A stretch of DNA of 63,116 bases, the filler included, from Chiloscyllium plagiosum (Eukaryota): the NCBI RefSeq assembly GCF_004010195.1. It is 4 parts of one record of this genome, joined end to end, with 100 filler letters (N's around TTAATTAATTAA, not from the genome) between each part and the next. Parts side by side here need not be neighbours in the genome. Positions count along the whole stretch, not along the records: positions 1 to 19,641 come from NC_057713.1; 3 more parts are not named here. One strand, given 5' to 3'. The notes under the pieces were generated by a model. It was given only the letters and a program-made list of their open reading frames with translations, made no database searches and was not told the DNA's origin. Both the position numbers and the translations under genes were made by a program. This document shows positions 1-11,199 of the stretch, piece by piece (the first letter of the stretch is position 1; the number at the start of each line of letters is the position of its first letter).

Positions 1-722
1 GATCTGTCATAAGATCCGTAGATATTGGACTAAAGTAGCAAGTATCCTGACAGAGATTTTAGGAACGGAAATAAAAGTGGACCCCGTATCTCTCCTCTTG
101 GGCTTTTCGAACTTTCCCTCCCTGGACACGTACGGGAAGAGACTATTTTCTATTCTTTCTTTCTGTGCAAGGAAAAATATTTTGATGAACTGGGTGGCGG
201 AGGGCCCCCCTGGACTTTCAAATTGGCACAGACTAATTATGGAATGTATTCCCCTTGACTTCCTTACAAATATGGTGCACCGAAAGACCGAATTATTTTA
301 TAAAATATGGCAGCCCTTTTTGAATTACATAAATACAGATATTTCGGCTATCCTAACAAGGGCTTTTATTTAATTGAGATTACAAACCTGGCTGGTCTGC
401 GGCCCCTCGGGGGAGGAATCCCACAAGAATACGGGTTTTATCATATCTGATGCTAACACATCCCGAGCATGTAAGAGACTTAAATATACACCCTGGTTAG
501 TTGTAGGTAAGATTAGTAGATAGTTGAGTTTTGTTTGTTTGTTTATTTTTCTTTTCGGTATTTTTTTTGTTGTTGTTTTGTTTTTTTTGTTTTTTTTTGT
601 CAAATTTTGGCTATTGTATATTTGAGCTAATTGTATATCAATGTTTATATCTGCGAGTTTTCTTTATTTTTGTAAACTTGTAAAAATGTTAAATTTCTAA
701 TAAAAATATCTATAAAAAAAAA
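1..722 (+). mobile_element. 3' end of an L1-clade LINE (ORF2 C-terminus, T-rich 3'UTR, polyA)
   Basis: Frame open from base 2 to TAA at 371-373 (ICHKIRRYWTKVASIL...DPVSLLLG...ARKNILMNW...FYKIWQPF), typical of fish L1 ORF2 after the CCHC knuckle; AATAAA near 699 and A-tail at 714-722. Confidence 0.8.
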
Positions 723-729
723 GATATTC

Positions 730-1330
730 TTACTGCTCTTACATTCCTTTGGGGATTCACTCAATCCCAGCTGTCGAGACTTGACATTTGCCTCCTCTTT
801 TTTTGACGAAAGCCTCAATTTCTCTAGTCATCGAGCATTCTCTATTCCTATTAACTTTGTCTTTGCACTAACAGGAACATACCATCTCTGAATTCGCATC
901 ATCTTAGTTTTGAATACCCCCATTTTCCAACCATCCTTTAACCTGCGATTAGCCTTATACAACATCCAATATCCTGGTGTCTTGTCTTATTAAATAAGGT
1001 GTGGTGCTGGAAAAGCATAGCCAGTCAGGCAATATCTGAAGAGCAGGAGAGTCAATGTTTCGAGCATGAGCTCTTCATCAGGAAGAGCTCATGCTCAAAA
1101 CATTGACTCTCCTGCTCCTCGGAAGCTGATCTCCAGCATCTGCAGTCCTCACTTTTTCCTTGTCTTCTTAAATAGCCTAATATGTGGTACCTTATCAAAT
1201 GCCTTCAGAAAAACTAATTGTATTAAATCACCTGTTTTCCCTCTTTTTATTCTGCCTGTCACCACTTTAAATAATTTTGATAAATTTATCAGAGTTTGCC
1301 TTCATGAAACCATAATAACTCTCCTTGATG
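730..1330 (-). mobile_element. Degenerate CR1 LINE ORF2 fragments, interrupted by a hairpin element
   Basis: Reverse strand near 1181-1212 reads KAFDKVPH (CR1 RT motif). Confidence 0.6.
997..1160. mobile_element. Penelope-derived fold-back mini-element (family 1) with hammerhead-like core on the minus strand
   Basis: 36-bp inverted arms at 1041-1076 and 1082-1117 (1 mismatch); minus strand reads CTGATGA-AGAGC-TCAT-GCTC-GAAAC; 14-bp TSD tgtctt(a/c)ttaaata at 983-996 and 1161-1174. Confidence 0.8.
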
Positions 1331-1529
1331 ACTCATTTAGAAAAGACAGTAGAATGAAAATGGAGGAGGATGAGGCATGATGGTAACGAATGACCTAAAG
1401 ACATTGGTGATAAGAGAAGATCAGGAAGCAAAACAAGTATGTCCGAAGATAAAGAAGATCAAAGATCAGAAAACACTGCTGGTGTAAATAGCTTGTGAGC
1501 TGCCAACACTATTATATCATGGGACAGAA

Positions 1530-2240
1530 TACTAAGCACAAAATCATTACATAATTTTGGGGATTCTATCCTTTGATAAACTGGATTAATAAAATTGGCA
1601 AAGATGGTAGGAGATGGATTTTATCACAGTTTCGTGGAACATTCCATTGTGGAACCAACAAGGGACAAACCTTTTTTAGAGTTAGCAATATGCAATAAGA
1701 CAGTTTTATTAGTAAACTCATAGTAAATGATTCACTGGAAAAAAAAATCAAAACACTCTTGAATTCAATATTAGGTTTGAAAGCAACAGTCTCAAATAGA
1801 ACAATAAACTGAAACAAAGTCAATCACATAGGAATGAAGGGAGATATGGCTAAGATTGATTAGGTAAGTGGATTAAAGATATGGCAATATATAAACAGAG
1901 GGAAGCAACACAAGGACAAATTAAAACTCCAAATTTCATTAAAAATCAAAACTTCAGGAAGTCAGTCCAAACTGTGGCTTAATAAAAAAAGTTAGAAATA
2001 GCATTAGATTAAAATAAATTGTTTTTAATGAGGCAAAGGATGGCAGTAAGACTGTGTATTGGGAGTGTTTCAGAACCATCAAAGGAACTTAAAAAGTGTA
2101 TAAAACCATAAAAATAGAATATAAATGAAATCTAGTCAGGAATTTAAAAACAGATTGTAACTAAAGTAGTAACTAAAGTAAACATTGGGCCACGAGAGAT
2201 AGAGGGAGAAGAGGAATGACTGAAAGCAAGAGATATTGAA
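1530..2240 (+). mobile_element. Highly decayed CR1 ORF1/endonuclease fragments
   Basis: Residual ILGDSI-like and EPTR-like segments with many stops; similar to better-preserved CR1 copies in the window. Confidence 0.45.
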
Positions 2241-2961
2241 GAAATAAATATAGAAACAGCTTGAAACCAGAGCTGTTGGATTTGAAGTGCCTAGGTCTAT
2301 AATGTTTGTCACTGTAAATAAAACTTCGTAAGTGTATAAAAGATAGACCCCAATACTATCTTTCCTACAGCCTGGTTTTCTGAGTTCTGATGCATGGGAA
2401 AGAATAACTTGGCAGTAGTAATAAAAATAGAAAATGTGGAAATATTCAACAGGTCAGGCAGCACCTGTGCTGAGAGTCTGCATGCAAACTTTCATCAAAA
2501 ATGAGAAAAATTAGAAATGAAATAGGATTTGAGCAAGGACAAGGCCAAAAGAATGGTCTCTGATAATTTGAAAGATTGACAACCTTGAATTACAGAAAAG
2601 TTACTCTTCAAGACCAAGGTAATGATGATGGTGTAAGAAAAGAAACAAAGAATGTTTTGCTGACTGAAAGCAACATAACAAACAAAAACTGTGAAGCAAC
2701 CAAAGAGATCACCAAATGAAGCAGAAATTGTTGAACGCAATAAATGAAAATGAGGAATAGTAAGCACAGTGTACAATAAAGTAGACAGGAAGAAATATCA
2801 CATGCTTGTGATAAAGGAATGACAATAACCATGGGCTATTTTAATCTGAATAGAAACTAGAAAATTCCAATTGGCAGTGGTTTCCTAGATCAATTCAAGC
2901 AGTGCTCACAATGTAGTTTCTCAGAGTTGCACATTCTAGAACCAACCAGAAAGCAGTGACT

Positions 2962-3098
2962 CATTTTGAGGGAGGTTACTGGACCTGAAACATTCACTCT
3001 AATTTCTCTGCACAGATGCGATCAGATCTGCTGAGTTTTTCCAGTAATTTCTGTTTTTGTTTCTGATTTTCAACATCTGCAGTTCCTTTGCTTTTTAT
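2962..3098 (+). mobile_element. Older Penelope pLTR-derived short repeat (family 3); related copies near 2425-2495, 17350-17450, 47385-47520, 53740-53850, 56030-56130 and 56770-56845
   Basis: Shared degenerate GAAAC(A/G)T..ACTCT...CAGATG...CTGCTGAG..TTTCCAG...CATCTGCAG body, homologous to the hammerhead-bearing elements. Confidence 0.6.
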
Positions 3099-3973
3099 TT
3101 GAGCAGTTTATATTAGACCTGGTATTTTTCAATGTGTAGCAGCAACAACACATGACTTAATTTTATATCCTGTTTGTAAAGGAAAAAAAATGAGTGTAAG
3201 ACTAGTATTTTAAACTTAAAAAGGACAAATATGTAAGCATGACAGCTTAGCTAAGTTAAATGAACTGAGGATCTAGGCTAAATAGATCAATAGAGTCACA
3301 GTAGCAGACATTTAAGGGGATAATTCAAAATTTTCAGTGTAAGTATATTTAAACTTTAATGAAAATATCTAATAGGAGGACCCATCTGTGGATAACTAGC
3401 AAAGTTACAGAAAATATTAAACTTAAGGAAAGAGTACATAACTAAAATAGTGCATAGCATGTCATGTCAGATGGTTTATCAGAAAAGAAACAATGATGTA
3501 GAATGAGTACGAGGTTAATGAGGAGGAAGTAATTAGAGTATGACAGGGAACTAACTAGAATTGTAAAAATGGATTGCAAGAGTTTCTACAGGCATCTATA
3601 AAGGAAGTGTAAATAAAGTGCGTATTTGTCCTGTGAGTGAGTGAGTGAGAGAGTGAGAATGGGAAATTAATAGCAGACAATAAAGAAATGACAAACCAAA
3701 TGATTAAGTATTGTGCTTCTGTCTTTCCTATAGAGGATGCAAACATCATTCCAGTAATAACTGTAAAACAGGGGGAACCTAGTGAACTACAATCATCAGG
3801 GAAGTATTACAATTCAAAATGATGCATCTATGGGCTGACAAGTTTCTGGGTTGAGATGGATTTCATTCTAGAATCTTAACGGAGTTGACTAATGATGTCA
3901 TATATGCTGTTTATTTTACAAAAGTCTCTGTATTCAGCAAAGGTTTCATCAGACTGTAAATCAGCAAATATAA

Positions 3974-4051
3974 GAAGATGCATGGGCTGCACGGTGGCCC
4001 AGTGGTTAGCACTGCTGCCTCACAGCGCCTGTAGACCCGGGTTCAATTCCC
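3974..4051 (+). mobile_element. tRNA-derived head of an HE1-type SINE, body missing, flanked by a 68-bp direct duplication
   Basis: A box TGGCCCAGTGG and B box GGTTCAATTCC; matches the 5' end of the full SINE at 50651; identical 68-mers at 3906-3973 and 4052-4119. Confidence 0.85.
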
Positions 4052-6064
4052 GCTGTTTATTTTACAAAAGTCTCTGTATTCAGCAAAGGTTTCATCAGAC
4101 TGTAAATCAGCAAATATAACCCCTATATTCAAGAATGGATAGAGACAGTTATAAGCCTGTTAACTTGACATCTGTCATGGAGAAGATTTTAGCTTGATTA
4201 TGAAAGCGGTTATAGTTGGGTAGCCAGGAAGAGTCAGTATGGTATTATAAAAGGAAAATCATATTACTTATACTGTTTAGACTTCTTTGAAGAAGTGTGT
4301 GGTCATTGTAGGGGAGTCTGTAAATATACTGTACTTGGATTTCCATAAGACATTTAAGGTTCCACATCAATGATTATTGCAGAAAATAAAAGCTCATGGT
4401 GTAGGGAGTAGCATATTAACAAGGATAGAAGAATGGCTTTGATTGGGCAGGGTGTTTGCAGAAATGGGTCCTTCTTTGATTGGCAAGATGTGACAAATGG
4501 TGTCCAGCAGGAATCTGCACTGAGACTGCTAACTTTTATAATTTACATCAATGACTTAGGTGATGGGAGTGAAGACATGCTAGCTAAATTTGTGGATGAC
4601 ACTAACATAGGGAGGAAACTATGTTGTGAAGAAGAGATAAGAAGGTTGTAGACAAATTTTGATAGGTTGAGTAAGTAGGCAAAAACCTGGCAGATGGAGT
4701 CCAATGTGGAAACATGTAAAGTCCTTCACTTTGGCAGGAAGAATGAAAAAAATTGATTTTGACGTAATAGAGAACAATTGTGGAATTCTAAACTGCAGAA
4801 GAATCTGGGTGTATTGGTGCAATAGTAAAAAAAAATCATTTGCAGGTACTGCATATAATCAAGAAGGTAAACAGAATGCTATCCTTTATTGTAAGAAGAA
4901 TTTAACATAGGAAAGAGGATGTTATACTTCAGTTATGCAGGGCATTAGTAAAATCCCATCACAAATACTGTGCAGCTTTGGTCTCTTTAAATGAAGAAGA
5001 ATGGAAATACATTAGAGGTTGTTCAAAGGAGCTTCACTAAATTGATTCCTTGAATGGATGGGTTATCCAATGAGGATGAGTTGGACAAAATGGCCTCATT
5101 TCCATTGGAATTTAGAAGAGTGAGATTTGTCTTTATTGAAGTTTAAAAGACCCTGAACTATCTTGACAAGGTGGACATGGGAAGGATGTTCTCTGTTGTG
5201 GGTCAATTAGGAGTAACTGTTTTGAAATTAAGGGTTGCCTTTTTGGGCAGAGTTGAGGAGAATTTTATTAATGTTTCAATGTATATTTCCACAAGATTAA
5301 GAGATATGAAATGGTTAAAACTTTTATAACTGATACTTTCATGTCTTTCTGATTGATGCTTTTATAGGATTGGCACCTTGTAGAAGATTACAGCAATGGT
5401 AGTTTTCTAAATAATTATAACAGGTGCTTTTTTTTCTAAGCAGTTTCGTACAGTTTCATTGTTGCCATGAGGTTCAGTCGTGCTATACATAGTGTATATA
5501 CCATGACTGAATATGGAAGGTCCACATACGAGTATGGAGGGTCCATTGGGTGTAAATGGGGACATGAATTGGAATTGCATTGACATGATGATAAGGGGTG
5601 CTGCAGTGGTTAATGGAATATAAATTGACAAGAAAGAGATGGGGGCTAATGGAAGGGATATGGAGGTATGGGTAAGAGCTTTTGAACTTACTTTCAAAAG
5701 GTTCCTGAATTCAGACTATAATTCACGATTATAGTCACATCTATGAAACATGAATCATGAAGAAATTGGGCTGCTTCTATGAAACTTGTGGGGCACTTGG
5801 AGATCCCTAACCCCATAATGAAGACAGCCAGGTTGAGAGCACAGGCTGTGGTAGAGCGCAGGCTTGATCCTACATCCTTATTGCTGGTTGTCAAAAATGT
5901 GGCTATTGGAAATTCAGACATCAATCCAAGAAGCAGGTCTTACTGCCATTTTGGTGTCCAGGCCTTAGTGTGGCCTTACTGGTCCCATGTATGGTTGTAG
6001 CTAGACATCCCTACTTTTATATTCCAACCCTCTGGCACTAAGTGCCAACATTTCATTTGCATTT

Positions 6065-6692
6065 CCCACTATCAACATTCTGGGCATTACCATTGAGCAG
6101 AAACTGAACTAGACTAGCTACATAAATATATTAGAAAAAATACTGTGATTTCCCAAGACCAGTCCACCACTACCACGTGCAAGTCAGGAGTGTGATGGAA
6201 TGTTCTCCACTTGCCTGGATGAGTGTAGCTCCAACAACACTCAAGAAGCTTGATACCATCCAGTACAAAGCAGCCTGCTTCATTTGTACTACATCCAAAA
6301 CCATCTACTCCATTTACCACCAATGCTCAGTACTAGCAATGTACATAATCTGCAAGATGATGCACTGCAGAAATTCACTAAAAATCCTTATATGTCACCT
6401 TCCATGATCACTATAATCTAGGACAAGTACTGTTGATTCATGGGAACACCAGCACCTGTATGTTCCTGTCAAAACTATTCATCATCTGATTTGGAAATAT
6501 ATCACCATTCCTTCAGTGTCAAGGGTCAAAATCCTGTAATTCCCTACCTAACTGCATTGTGGGTTTACCAACAGTGCACGAACTGCAAATGTTCAAAAAG
6601 ACAGCTTCCCACCATCTTCTCAAGGGCAACTAGGTTGAGCAATAAATGCTGGCTCAGCGAGCAATATCCACATCCCATGTATGAATAAAAAA
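6065..6692 (+). mobile_element. 3' end of a second non-LTR retrotransposon family (CR1/L2 superfamily)
   Basis: QVRSVMECSPLAWM...KKLDTIQYKAACFI RT C-terminus; tail GGGCAA..AGG..G.GCAATAAATGCTGGC...CATCCCATG.ATGAATAAAA shared with 28370-29065. Confidence 0.75.
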
Positions 6693-6949
6693 TCATTGTT
6701 TGATTTACCTGCATGCGAACACTTTATTATTAATTTGTGGTAAGGACATTCACGTTTCTCTATATCACAGTAATCTGTTGCTTCTTGCTATTTAAATTTA
6801 CTTTTTTTGCTTTTCTGTTGTTTTTTTCCTAACTGGGTAACCTCACCTTTTATCTCATTATATATAATCCATCAAATCTTTCCAAGGGAAATTTGTAAGT
6901 TAAAATCCTTGCATCTACAAATCTGCAGTTTATTTTTATGACTCCAGGA

Positions 6950-7330
6950 TGCAGAGGATCAGTCCTCCCAAACTAATTTCTTCCATGATATCAGACTATC
7001 TTCTGCTATCAGTCCAATTACATCAGCACTATTCCCACTCACTAATTCTATCTATGTACCTTTGCAAGTACATTGTGTTCTTCTCACCACCTTCTTTCTT
7101 ACCTATCTTTGTACCATCAGCATATCTAGGAACAATACAGTCAGAACCTTCATTCATGTCATAAATACAGATTGTGAATATTTGGGCCTTCAGCACAATG
7201 CCTGGGGTACCTGTAGTTTGAGAACCTGAAAATGTCAATTCAAATCTGTTTCCTGTTTGCTATCTAATCATCTATCCATGTGAAAATATAACGACCATTA
7301 TCTTGCCTTTTATCAGATACCTTTTTGTTC
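6950..7330 (-). mobile_element. CR1 RT fragment
   Basis: Reverse translation IFTICIYDM...RYADGTKIG...LQRYIDRISEW. Confidence 0.7.
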
Positions 7331-7384
7331 TTAGTTTATTAAATGTGCGTATTGCTGGTTTGGCCAAACCCTGAGATTTTTCAG

Positions 7385-7790
7385 GTCTTGCTGCATTTAG
7401 GTATGGACAGCTTCAATATCTGAGGAGTTGCGAATGGTATTGAACATTACGCAGTTATCAGCCAACACCCCTCACCTCTTTTGTATGATGCAGGACAAGT
7501 CATTGATGAAGCAGCTGAAAATGGTTGGGTCAAGGACATCTTGAACTCCTGCAGTGATATGCTGGAGCTGAGATGACTGACCTCCAGCAACCCTAACCAT
7601 TTTCCTATGTGCCAGGTATGACTCCAACCAATGGAATCTTTTCCCCTTGATTCCTATTGACTCCAGCTTTGCTTTAGTTCCATGATGCCATACTTGGTGA
7701 AACAATACCTTAATGTTAAGTGCAGTCACTTCTACCTCATCTCTGGAGATCAGTTCTTGTGACCAGGTTTGGACCAAGGTTGTAATTTGA
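7385..7790 (-). mobile_element. RT fragment of the second LINE family
   Basis: VTALNIKVLFHQVWHHG...WLESYL...GVQDVLDPTIFSCFINDL. Confidence 0.75.
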
Positions 7791-9184
7791 CAAAACAAAA
7801 TGGGAACTGAATCCTGCTGCGTGTTTTCTCAGGAAGGAGAAACCATGTCTGCAGTATGTTTTGAGTTTCAATGCAAACTGACTGATGACAAATCATGTAA
7901 AAATTAAGTCTTATTGTCAATAAAGATAATGTATTATGTAGGAATAAATAAGAAAAAGGAGGTTCTCAGAATAATAATGGGTGATAACTTGTAATTGTAG
8001 GACAGCTAAAGGTTACTGGCAGTAATTAGACCTGTCCTTGTATACTTTGGTTTTTATGATTGCGTGTACAATTTGCTGAAAGTGCGAGTTGATGGTGATA
8101 CAGAAGTGGAAACCTGAGTATTTGGCACCTCAGGGAATAAGTCAAGCAACTGTATATCTTTTTACCAAATCATATTGAAGGATTCTGAAATTGTCCGTAC
8201 AAGGACTGAGAAGGAAATGTAGATTCAAGTTGGTGAGTTTAATGTGAAATCAGATATAGAAATTGAAATAAAGAGAGGAAAGCAAGATTGGATTCAGAGA
8301 GAGAGAAAAGGGAAAAATTATATAAAAAATAAAATTTTACATTTTTGAAGTTTCCAGCAACAATTACACCTAAAGAAACAATGTGCCACAAAATAGCTAA
8401 TTTTCAGTGCCAGTGAGACCAACAGTAATTCACACCTATCGCATTGTTAAAAGGGTACTTAGACTGAAATAGACAATGCTTACCATTACTTTCTGTGCCA
8501 AGTTTAATTCTCACCTAACCCACAAGTAACATTGATTCACACCGATCAATGATGAGGCAGTGAGACATTTCCTATATTCTTAAAGCTCTAGGCAGTGCTG
8601 CATCACAAAAAGTGACTTTTAATTAGCTGAGTTTAACTATACACCTGCCTCTCATCCAAGATACTGTACCACCCACACATAAATAACAATCAGGCACCAT
8701 TGGCTTCATTACTATTTTGATGGTACATTCTCATTCAAATTGAATCCTGCTCAGTGTTTTCTCAGGGAGGAGCCACCATCTATATTGCAGTTTTTGAGTT
8801 CTAATGTGAACTGGTCTGGTGTCAAATCCACATACTGATTAAAGTTCTAATGTCAATAAATGTTTATAATGATATAATAAAGATGATTAGAATCAATATT
8901 ATTCACAGAGATTATGTGAAAAGCTAATTTTGGGAGGTCCTGTAATGTGCAAAAAATTCAGCCCATTCATTATATGGGAGCTGGAAATACTGCCATCATG
9001 TGGACATGAATAACAGTTGAATCACATCTTTTTTCATATATTTTAATGGTATGCAGTAGGGTATATGATCTTTATTTGAACAGTGAGTCATGGAGACCTC
9101 AGTTTTAAAGTCATGAATTTGATATAAAGATCTGTGATTTCTTCATGCAGCATCACATTAAAAAAAGTGATACATTAAAAGTTT

Positions 9185-9396
9185 TGATTTGGAGATGCCG
9201 GTGTTGGACTGGGGTGTACAAAGTTAAAAATCACACAACAGTCCAACAGGTTTAATTGGAAGCACACTAGCTTTCGGAGCGACGCTCCTTCATCATCAGG
9301 TGATTCACAACCTGATGAAGGAGCGTCGCTCCGAAAGCTAGTGTGCTTCCAATTTAAACCTGTTGGACTATTACCTGGTGTTGTGTGATTTTTAAC
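9185..9396. mobile_element. Penelope-derived fold-back mini-element (family 2)
   Basis: Inverted arms at about 9223-9300 and 9311-9396; homologous to the terminus (18752-18880) of the ORF-bearing Penelope element; about 13-bp TSD acatta(a/g)aagttt at 9172-9184 and 9395-9407. Confidence 0.85.
9306..9345 (+). ncRNA. Minimal (PLE-type) hammerhead ribozyme motif
   Basis: cacaac-CTGATGA-a-GGAGC-gtc-GCTCC-GAA-AGCT-A-gtgtg: conserved core, 5-bp stem II, palindromic stem III AGCT, CUA cleavage triplet, stem I with one bulge. Confidence 0.7.
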
Positions 9397-9649
9397 ATTA
9401 GAAGTTTGTTATTTTTCTTAAACACTGAATGTGTTGGGTGAATTAAGATATGTCAATTCTCATCACTTTGGATTTTAATTACAGATTCAATGAAAAACTT
9501 ACATTTATACAGCATTATTTACAATCCCAGAATGCTCCAAAGCACTCAACTGACAATAGCTTTATTTTTTGGAGTGTGGAACCTGTGCTATTTCAGGGAA
9601 CTATTGTGGACAAATAAAAACAGTAAAGAGCTTAAACACCAGTTCATTG

Positions 9650-10710
9650 TTATGAATTCATTCATGGGGTGTAGGTGTTGCTAACTAGGCCCAGCATTTA
9701 TTGCCTGTCCCTAAATGCCCAGAGAGCAATTAAGAGTCAACCACATTTCTGTGCGGCCGGAGTGACATAGAGTCTTAGAGTCATAAAGATGTACAGCATG
9801 GAAACAGACCCTTCGGTCCAACACATCCATACCAACCAGATATCCCAACCCAATCTAGTCCCACCTGCCAGCACCTGGCCCATATCCCTTCAAACCCTTC
9901 CTATTCATATACCCATCCAAATGCCTCTTAAATGTTGCAATTGTACCAGCTTCCACCACTTCCTCTGGCACCTCATTCCATACCTGTACCACCATCTGTG
10001 AGAAAAAGTTGCCCCTTAGGTCTCTTTTATATCTTTCCCCTCTCACCCTAAACCTATGCCCTCTAGTTCTGGATTCCCCGACCCAAGGAAAAGACTTTGC
10101 CCCGCATAATTTTGTAAACCACTATAAGGTCACTCCTCAGCCTCCGACGCTCCAGGGAAAACAGCCCTAGCCTGTTCAGCCTCTCCTGATTGCTCAAATC
10201 CTCCAACCCTGGCAACATCCTTGTAAATCGTTTCTGAACTCTTTCAAGTTTCACAACATTTTTCCAATAGGAAGGAGACCAGAATTGCATGCAATATTCC
10301 AACAGCAGCCTAACCAATGCCCTGTACAGCCGCAACATGACCTCCCAACTCATGTACTCAATACTCTGACCAATAAAGGAAAGCATACCAAACGCTTTCT
10401 TCACTACCCTATCTACCTGTGACTCCACTTTCAAGGAGCTATGAACCTGCACTCCAAGGTCACTTTGTTCAGCAACACTCCTTAGGACCTTACCATTAAG
10501 TGTATAAGTCTTGCTAAGATTTGTTTTCCCAAAATGCAGCACCTTGCATTTATCTGAATTAAACTCCATCTGCCACTTCTCAGCCCATTGACCCATCTGG
10601 TCAAGATCCTGTTGTCACCTGAGGTAACCCTCTTCACTGTCCACTACACCTCACATGTCAGCCAGACCAGCTAAGGACAGCAAATTTCCATCCTTAAGGG
10701 ACCTTAGAAT
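9650..10710 (-). mobile_element. tRNA-headed SINE (same family as 28017-28367) split by a CR1 insertion
   Basis: 9650-9768 and 10652-10710 are consecutive pieces of the family sequence. Confidence 0.65.
9769..10651 (-). mobile_element. 5'-truncated CR1 (HER1-like) LINE, 3' end
   Basis: ORF 10063-10596 WAEKWQMEFNSDKCKVLHFG...LEYCMQFWSP...LERVQKRFTRML; CTCTA(T/A)GA-type tail at 9770-9790. Confidence 0.92.
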
Positions 10711-11199
10711 TCATTTTTTAAATTAGGTGCGAATGGGCAAAGTTAGTTATTTGTTCACCTATTTGGTAAATATTGATTTGAAACTCAGGTGGAGAATTTT
10801 TAGCTCACTCAAAACCCTTTGATTTACCATACCCAAAATGTTTAGCCCTGTTAGTCTAGAAATTTGTGTTTATTTGGACAATAATTTGGATGGATAGAAG
10901 GATAGAGTGGAGGAAAAGATGCTGGGACTTTCTTTGAGTCAACCTGGCAACATTTGGAAAACTTCAGAGTAATGCATTGATTTAGAAGACAGGGGGCAGA
11001 AGTTTCCCACCGAAGTAGTAAATAGGAACCAGGTAAGTTTACAGATCAGAAACGTACATCTTGAGGGGGTAACTGACCAAAGGTCAGACTTTTCCGTACT
11101 AAACCCATAACTGGCAAGATGACAAGTCTCCTAGCCAATTAAAGACAGGCTCACAAATTGGAGAAACAATATGGGGCTTTCTAGCTTCAGAAAATTTAC

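Larger units (their letters stand above)
2780..5270 (+). mobile_element. Decayed CR1 LINE ORF2 (EN-RT-3' end)
   Basis: DWQDVTNGVQQESAL...FIIYINDL...KFVDDTNIG at 4433-4651; CR1 C-terminal motifs downstream; many stops and frameshifts. Confidence 0.8.

Noticed and set aside
3984..4051. Possible tRNA gene
   Set aside because: It matches the head of the HE1 SINE copies, and no complete acceptor stem or terminator was seen
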